A stretch of DNA of 43,544 bases from Rhizobiales bacterium UBA697 (GTDB lineage Bacteria; Pseudomonadota; Alphaproteobacteria; Rhizobiales; Ancalomicrobiaceae). Each line of letters starts with the position of its first letter. Positions within the stretch are counted from its first letter, which is position 1. The notes under the pieces were generated by a model. It was not told where the DNA came from, did no database searches, and was given only the letters and a program-made list of their open reading frames with translations. This document shows, one piece after another, positions 38,886 to 43,544 of the stretch. The stretch covers positions 1-43,544 of the forward strand of contig DBMN01000355.1 of assembly GCA_002298965.1 (NCBI GenBank), in the 5' to 3' direction. The translations under genes were made by a program, and so were the position numbers.

Positions 38886-39592
38886 CACCCCTCCCCTCGG
38901 CCGCTCGCGCCGAGGCGGGTCGCGAGCACCGCGACGAAGGCGCGGCGGTCCAGACCGGCGGGGATCGGCGCGCCGATCACCACGCGGATGGTGCCGGGAA
39001 ACTTCAGCCAGGTGTCGGGCGGCCAGCAGCGGCCCGAATCGAGCGTGATCGGCACGCAGGGCACGCCGAGGAGTTCGTAGAGCGCGCCGACGCCGGGCTG
39101 GATGCGGTCGCGGCCTTCCGCCTGGCGGGTGCCCGACGGAAAGATCAGCAGGCTGCGGCCGGCGGCGACGGTGCGTCGGGCCGCCTCGAAGGCGGTCTTG
39201 AGGGCGGCGATGTCGCCGCCGCGGTCGATCGCGATGTGGCCGGCGCGCCGGGCGACGAGGCCGCCGAGCGGCCAGGAGAAGATCTCGCTCTTGGCGAAGG
39301 CGGCGGGGTCGTCGAGCAGCAGCGGCAGGAACAGCGTCTCCCAGGCCGACTCGTGGCGCGAGGCGACGAGACACGGGCCCTTCGGCAGGTTCTCCGCCCC
39401 TTCGACCCGCCAGTCGATGCCGGCGATCGACCGCAGGAGCCATCCGAAGAGGCGGAAGAAGGCGGCGAGGAAGGGGCGCGACGGCCGTCGGTCCGGGATC
39501 AGCAGCAGCGGCGCGAAGGGCAGGAAGACGATCACCGCGCCGACCGCGGCGACGTGGAAGAGAACCGAGCGGACGACGACGGCGGGACCCAT
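38885..39592 (-). CDS. PlsC-like (lysophospholipid) acyltransferase
   Basis: N-terminal TM, SRHESAWET, FAKSE, IDR, IFPSGTR, VPI. Confidence 0.88.
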   Translation of the reverse strand: MGPAVVVRSVLFHVAAVGAVIVFLPFAPLLLIPDRRPSRPFLAAFFRLFGWLLRSIAGIDWRVEGAENLPKGPCLVASRHESAWETLFLPLLLDDPAAFAKSEIFSWPLGGLVARRAGHIAIDRGGDIAALKTAFEAARRTVAAGRSLLIFPSGTRQAEGRDRIQPGVGALYELLGVPCVPITLDSGRCWPPDTWLKFPGTIRVVIGAPIPAGLDRRAFVAVLATRLGASGRGEG

Positions 39593-39735
39593 TTCCGCTT
39601 CCTTTCACGGGCATCGCCGGCCCGCCGATCGCGGCGCGCGTACGATCCCTGATCGACGACCTGTGTCCTTTGCAGAGTCGATCGCTTGGCTTAAGACAGA
39701 TTCGACGGATCTGGAACTGCCTACGGGGTGTTGTC

Positions 39736-40017
39736 ATGGCCGAAACCGCCGAACGGGACGAAGATCTACGGCGTCGGCTGCTCGCCATCGTCGCGGAAGA
39801 GGGCATGGTCGGCGATCGTGTCATCGACGACGACCAGCGCCTCGACGATCTCGGCATCGCCTCGGCCGACTTCGTCATGATCCTCATGGCGATCGAAGAG
39901 AAGTTCGGCGTCTACGTGCCGGTCGACGAGAAGCTGACCGAGGCGAAGACGGTGGGCGAGCTCATCGACGTCGTCACCGCCCACATCGAAGAGCATCGTC
40001 GGCAGGAGGCGTCGTGA
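39736..40017 (+). CDS. Acyl carrier protein (specialised, NodF/AcpXL-like)
   Basis: Acidic 93 aa; DLGIASADF...IEEKFGV...TVGELI. Confidence 0.88.
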   Translation: MAETAERDEDLRRRLLAIVAEEGMVGDRVIDDDQRLDDLGIASADFVMILMAIEEKFGVYVPVDEKLTEAKTVGELIDVVTAHIEEHRRQEAS

Positions 40018-41228
40018 AGCCCGTCGCGATCACCGGTCTCGGGGCCGTCTCGGCCTGCGGCATCGGCGTCGAGCCCCTGTGGACCGCCGCCCGCGACGGT
40101 CGGAGCGCCGTGGTCGACGTCGCCTTCCCGCGCATCCATCGCCAGCAGGTCAAGCGCGCCGCCCGCATCGCCGAGGCCGACTTCGCCGCGCTCGCCACCG
40201 ACGCCAAGCCGCGTTTCCAGGACCGCACCGCCATTCTGGCGCTGGCGGCGGCGCGCGAGGCGATCGCGCAGGCGGGCCTCGGGGTGGGCGACTTCGGTGC
40301 GCGCTGCGGCGTGGTGGTGGGCTCGGGCTTCGGCGGCGCCGAGACGCTCGAGCGCAACTACGTCCGTTTCGTCGAGGCGCCGGCCGAGCGCTCCGACCCG
40401 ATGGCGATCCCCAAGATCATGACGAGTTCGCCCGCCTCGTGGATCGGCATGGAATGGAAGGCGACCGGACCGACCTTCTGCATCTCCACCGCCTGCGCCT
40501 CGGCGACCCAGTCGATCGCGCTCGCCGCCGACCTGATCCGCGCCGGCGTGGTCGATCGCTGCATCGCCGGCGGTGCGGAATCGCTGCTGGTCGACGGCGT
40601 CTTCGCGTCCTGGGAGGCGATGCACGTCATGACGACGGGCGTCTGCCGCCCGTTCTCGCGCGAACGCACCGGCATGGTGCTCGGCGAAGGCGCCGGCATC
40701 GTCGTGCTGGAGGCGCCCGAGGCGGCGCGGGCGCGCGGCGCGACCGTGCTCGCCGAACTGGTCGGTCAGGCCAACACGTCGGATGCCGCCGATCTGCTGC
40801 GCCCCGATCCCGCCGGCGCCACCGCCTGCGTGCGCGGCGCCGTCGCCTCGAGCGGGCTCGATCCGGCGCGGATCGGCTACTGCAACGCCCACGGCACCGG
40901 CACGATCGCCAACGACGTCACCGAGACCCAGGCGCTGCGCGAGGTGTTCGGGCCGGCCTTCGACGGGCTTCTCGTCTCCTCGACCAAGCCGATCCACGGC
41001 CATGCGCTGGGTGCCGGCGGGGCGCTCGAGCTGATCGTCACCGTCGAGGCGCTCCGGGCGCAGATCGCGCCGCCGACGATCGACTTCCTCGGCGTCGATC
41101 CCAAGATCGGCTTCGAGCCGGTGCCGCACGTCGCCCGGGCCTTCTCGGCCGACGCGGCGATGTCGAATTCCTTCGCCTTCGGCGGCATCAACGCCGCGCT
41201 GGTGGTGGCGCTGCCCGGACGGGCGTGA
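40014..41228 (+). CDS. Beta-ketoacyl-ACP synthase (FabF/NodE-like)
   Basis: VAITGLG, TAC(Cys), CRPFS, GEGAG, NAHGTGT, HGHALG, SNSFAFGG; GGAGG + GTG overlapping the ACP stop. Confidence 0.93.
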   Translation: MKPVAITGLGAVSACGIGVEPLWTAARDGRSAVVDVAFPRIHRQQVKRAARIAEADFAALATDAKPRFQDRTAILALAAAREAIAQAGLGVGDFGARCGVVVGSGFGGAETLERNYVRFVEAPAERSDPMAIPKIMTSSPASWIGMEWKATGPTFCISTACASATQSIALAADLIRAGVVDRCIAGGAESLLVDGVFASWEAMHVMTTGVCRPFSRERTGMVLGEGAGIVVLEAPEAARARGATVLAELVGQANTSDAADLLRPDPAGATACVRGAVASSGLDPARIGYCNAHGTGTIANDVTETQALREVFGPAFDGLLVSSTKPIHGHALGAGGALELIVTVEALRAQIAPPTIDFLGVDPKIGFEPVPHVARAFSADAAMSNSFAFGGINAALVVALPGRA

Positions 41229-41253
41229 ACGGCGACGCGAGCGGCCGGCGATC

Positions 41254-42909
41254 TCAGTGCGTCGCGGCCTCGGCGTCCGGCCGCCCGTGTTCCTCGACGG
41301 CGACGATGCGGCCGTCGGCGAAGCGCACCAGCCGATCGCACCACGGCACCCAGGCGAGGTCGTGGGTGGTGACGACCACCGTCTTGCCGCGCGCCTTCAG
41401 CTCCGGCAGCAGCTCGCGGAAGAAGAACTCGCGTTTGCCGGGGTCCTGATCGGCGACGAATTCGTCGAGCACGACGATGTCGCGGTTCTCCAGCATCACC
41501 ACCGCCAGCGCCAGCCGCCGCCGCTGGCCCGACGACAGTTCGAGCCGGGTGAAGGCGCCGTCGTCGTAGTCGGTGACGCCGTCGAGACCGAGGCGGCGCA
41601 GGATCTCGCGGGTGTGTTCGGGATCGACGTGGGAGAGACCGAACAGGCGATAGAACAGGTGGAAGACGGTGAAGATCGCCGAGAAGCGGTCGCGATGGGC
41701 GGCGCGGTCGGCCTCCTCGACCGGCACGCCGTCGACCAGGATGCGGCCGCCGTCGATGTCGATCAGGCCGGTCAGGACGTTGAGGAAGGTGGTCTTGCCC
41801 GACCCGTTGTCGCCGACCACCAGAACGATCTCGCCGCGCTTCAGCTCGAAGTCGATCGGGCCGAGGGCGAAACCGGTCTCGCCGTCGGCGCCCCAGCGGG
41901 CGGTGACGCCCTCTAGCGTCAACGTCTCGAACGGCGCGGGCATCGGCCGGTCGTCGGGGACCGGGGCGGCGCAGGCGCGCAGCTCGGCGTCGAGGTCGTC
42001 GATGCGGCGGAAGGAGACCATCGCCCGAAGGAGGCCGGGGATCTGGCTGACCACCGCCTCGAAGGGGCCGAGCGAGAACAGGATCACCGTCAACAGGCGG
42101 AAGACCACCGTTCCGTCGCCCTCGCCGAGCCAGGGCACGAGGAAGACGACGCCGCCGACCAGCACGAACTTCAGCGACTGCACCACCACTTCGCCGGCGG
42201 CATAGCGCCGTTCCATGCGGATGGTGGTGTCGCGCGCCGCGCCGACGGTGTCCTCGACCTCGCCGGCGAGGTCGGCGCGGCGGGGGCGATGCAGCTTCAG
42301 CTCGCGGAAGCCGGCGATGACGTCGTTGACGCGCTCGAAGTAGCGGATCTCGAGGGCGCGGATGTCGCGCGCCAGACCCGAGATCGCCCGGCGCTGCAGG
42401 TAGTAGCCGAGGATGCCGCCGGCCATCACCACGACGGTGAAGACGGCGACCGGCACCGACATCAGGAAGATCTGCGGCAGCGCCACGGCGAGAAAGACCA
42501 CCGCGGGGAGGAACTCGAGCAGCGTGCGGCTGATCTGGGTGACCACCTGAACGTCGGTGGTCATGATGTGGTAGAGGCTGCCGTGCTCGCGGCTCTGGAC
42601 GAAGAGCGGCGGCGTCTCGAGCAGGTGGCGGGTGAGCCTCAGGCGCAGCGCCGCGGCCATGCGCGCCACCATGGTCTGCGCCATCACCGGATAGACGAGA
42701 TGGAGCACCGCATAGGCGGCGAGCGTCGCCAGGAAGACCGGCAGCCAGAACGAGAAGAAGTTCGGTCGGCCGACGTCGGAGGCGGCGGCGTTGGTGACGA
42801 TCAGCAGCGCGTCGCGGGTGAGGCCGGTGACGACGGCGAGGCCGATCACCGGCAAGGGCATGCCCTTCGGCGCGTTCCTCCACAGGAAGGAGAACATCTT
42901 CCCCAGCAT
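41254..42909 (-). CDS. SyrD/PvdE/YojI-type (cyclic peptide export) ABC transporter
   Basis: Fused TMD-NBD; GFRELKL, GDNGSGKT, FSAIF, LSSGQRRRLAL, DEFVADQDP, THD. Confidence 0.9.
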   Translation of the reverse strand: MLGKMFSFLWRNAPKGMPLPVIGLAVVTGLTRDALLIVTNAAASDVGRPNFFSFWLPVFLATLAAYAVLHLVYPVMAQTMVARMAAALRLRLTRHLLETPPLFVQSREHGSLYHIMTTDVQVVTQISRTLLEFLPAVVFLAVALPQIFLMSVPVAVFTVVVMAGGILGYYLQRRAISGLARDIRALEIRYFERVNDVIAGFRELKLHRPRRADLAGEVEDTVGAARDTTIRMERRYAAGEVVVQSLKFVLVGGVVFLVPWLGEGDGTVVFRLLTVILFSLGPFEAVVSQIPGLLRAMVSFRRIDDLDAELRACAAPVPDDRPMPAPFETLTLEGVTARWGADGETGFALGPIDFELKRGEIVLVVGDNGSGKTTFLNVLTGLIDIDGGRILVDGVPVEEADRAAHRDRFSAIFTVFHLFYRLFGLSHVDPEHTREILRRLGLDGVTDYDDGAFTRLELSSGQRRRLALAVVMLENRDIVVLDEFVADQDPGKREFFFRELLPELKARGKTVVVTTHDLAWVPWCDRLVRFADGRIVAVEEHGRPDAEAATH

Positions 42910-42996
42910 CGCCACCTCGCGGCCTGCCCCCGCGCGACCCCGCGCCCGCACTGCTTATCGCCTCGGGCGTGCCGAGGCGAGCCCTACGCCCGTCGA

Positions 42997-43544
42997 TCAG
43001 CCGAAGACCAGACGTTCGCGATAGAAGCCCTTCTCGCCCTCGGTCACGGCATAGACGTCGACATGGCGGAGGGTCGGAATGAAGTGTCCGCGTTCGGCCT
43101 CGACCCAGACGTAGACCGGCCGGCGCGGCTTGCCGTCGATGTCGACGAGGATGCGCGGCTTGCCGTCGGGACCGAGGTCGAGGCGGCCCTTGCGCGACGA
43201 CAGCGCGGCGACGTGGACGCTCCACACCCCCGCCGTCTCGGGCGTCGCCACGAGGCCGAAGGCGAAATGGCGTTCGAAGAAACTGAGTTCGCGGCGATGG
43301 CCGGCGGTGGCGAAACGGCGCCAGAAGGTCTCGACCGGCTCGTCCGGGTCGAGCCGGCCGTCGGCGAGGCGCCGGGCGGCATAGACGATGGCGTTGGCGT
43401 CGATCGCGTGCTGGACGAAGAACAGCATCCCCTCGTCGGTCGGGACCGCCTGCGGCCGGCCGATCGGCAGGGTGGCAAACCGCGCGAACTCGGAGCGGAT
43501 GTCGGGCAGGAGGATCGACTGCGCCGCCGCGGCGCGCGGCATCG
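42997..43544 (-). CDS. DUF4833-like protein (probably 5'-truncated by window)
   Basis: LFFVQH..DANAIVY, P..P..FWRRF, RELSFFER.FAFG, P.L.HVD.Y; matches the recalled DUF4833 pattern. Confidence 0.65.
   Translation of the reverse strand, partial: MPRAAAAQSILLPDIRSEFARFATLPIGRPQAVPTDEGMLFFVQHAIDANAIVYAARRLADGRLDPDEPVETFWRRFATAGHRRELSFFERHFAFGLVATPETAGVWSVHVAALSSRKGRLDLGPDGKPRILVDIDGKPRRPVYVWVEAERGHFIPTLRHVDVYAVTEGEKGFYRERLVFG

Noticed and set aside
39102..40013. N-terminal extension making the ketosynthase a 708-aa multidomain protein
   Set aside because: The extension is Arg-rich shadow over plsC and the ACP; GGAGG-GTG at 40014 gives a normal 404-aa KS
39736..41228. Calling the ACP/KS pair bona fide nodF/nodE for Nod-factor synthesis
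   Set aside because: No nodABC and no recognisable nod box in the window; similarity judged by eye only

Overview
GC-rich chromosomal segment of a Hyphomicrobiales (Rhizobiales)-type alphaproteobacterium. Most of it is conserved housekeeping backbone: cca (3' end), hemF-trmL, petABC, mtnP-apt, epmA/efp, MaoC pair, ychF, infA-cspA, pth-rplY, proC, ubiK, lgt-midA-pgeF, prs, MarR/OmpR/EnvZ-like trio, ilvE, moaED, pgsA, uvrC, an SDR and two Omp25/RopB-type genes. Small accessory inserts sit between backbone genes. The most notable items are: (i) a 45/46-bp terminator duplicated as a direct repeat around an orphan membrane gene after efp, followed by a stand-alone Cas2-like gene with its own near-consensus sigma70 promoter; (ii) a small ORF plus zeta-toxin-like P-loop kinase inserted between uvrC and pgsA, with a near-leaderless promoter overlapped by a palindrome containing GANTC; (iii) a terminator-like hairpin inside the rplY leader; (iv) an 88-aa in-frame chimera (membrane-protein N-terminus fused to a GST C-terminus) marking a deletion or misassembly junction near 38720; (v) beyond that junction, an uncharacterised cluster of PlsC-like acyltransferase, NodF/NodE-like ACP and ketosynthase, SyrD/PvdE-type ABC exporter and a DUF4833-like protein running off the window end. 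Item (v) is the best candidate for an undescribed acyl-product synthesis and export system. All family assignments come from motif recognition by eye and recalled family knowledge; no database searches were run.
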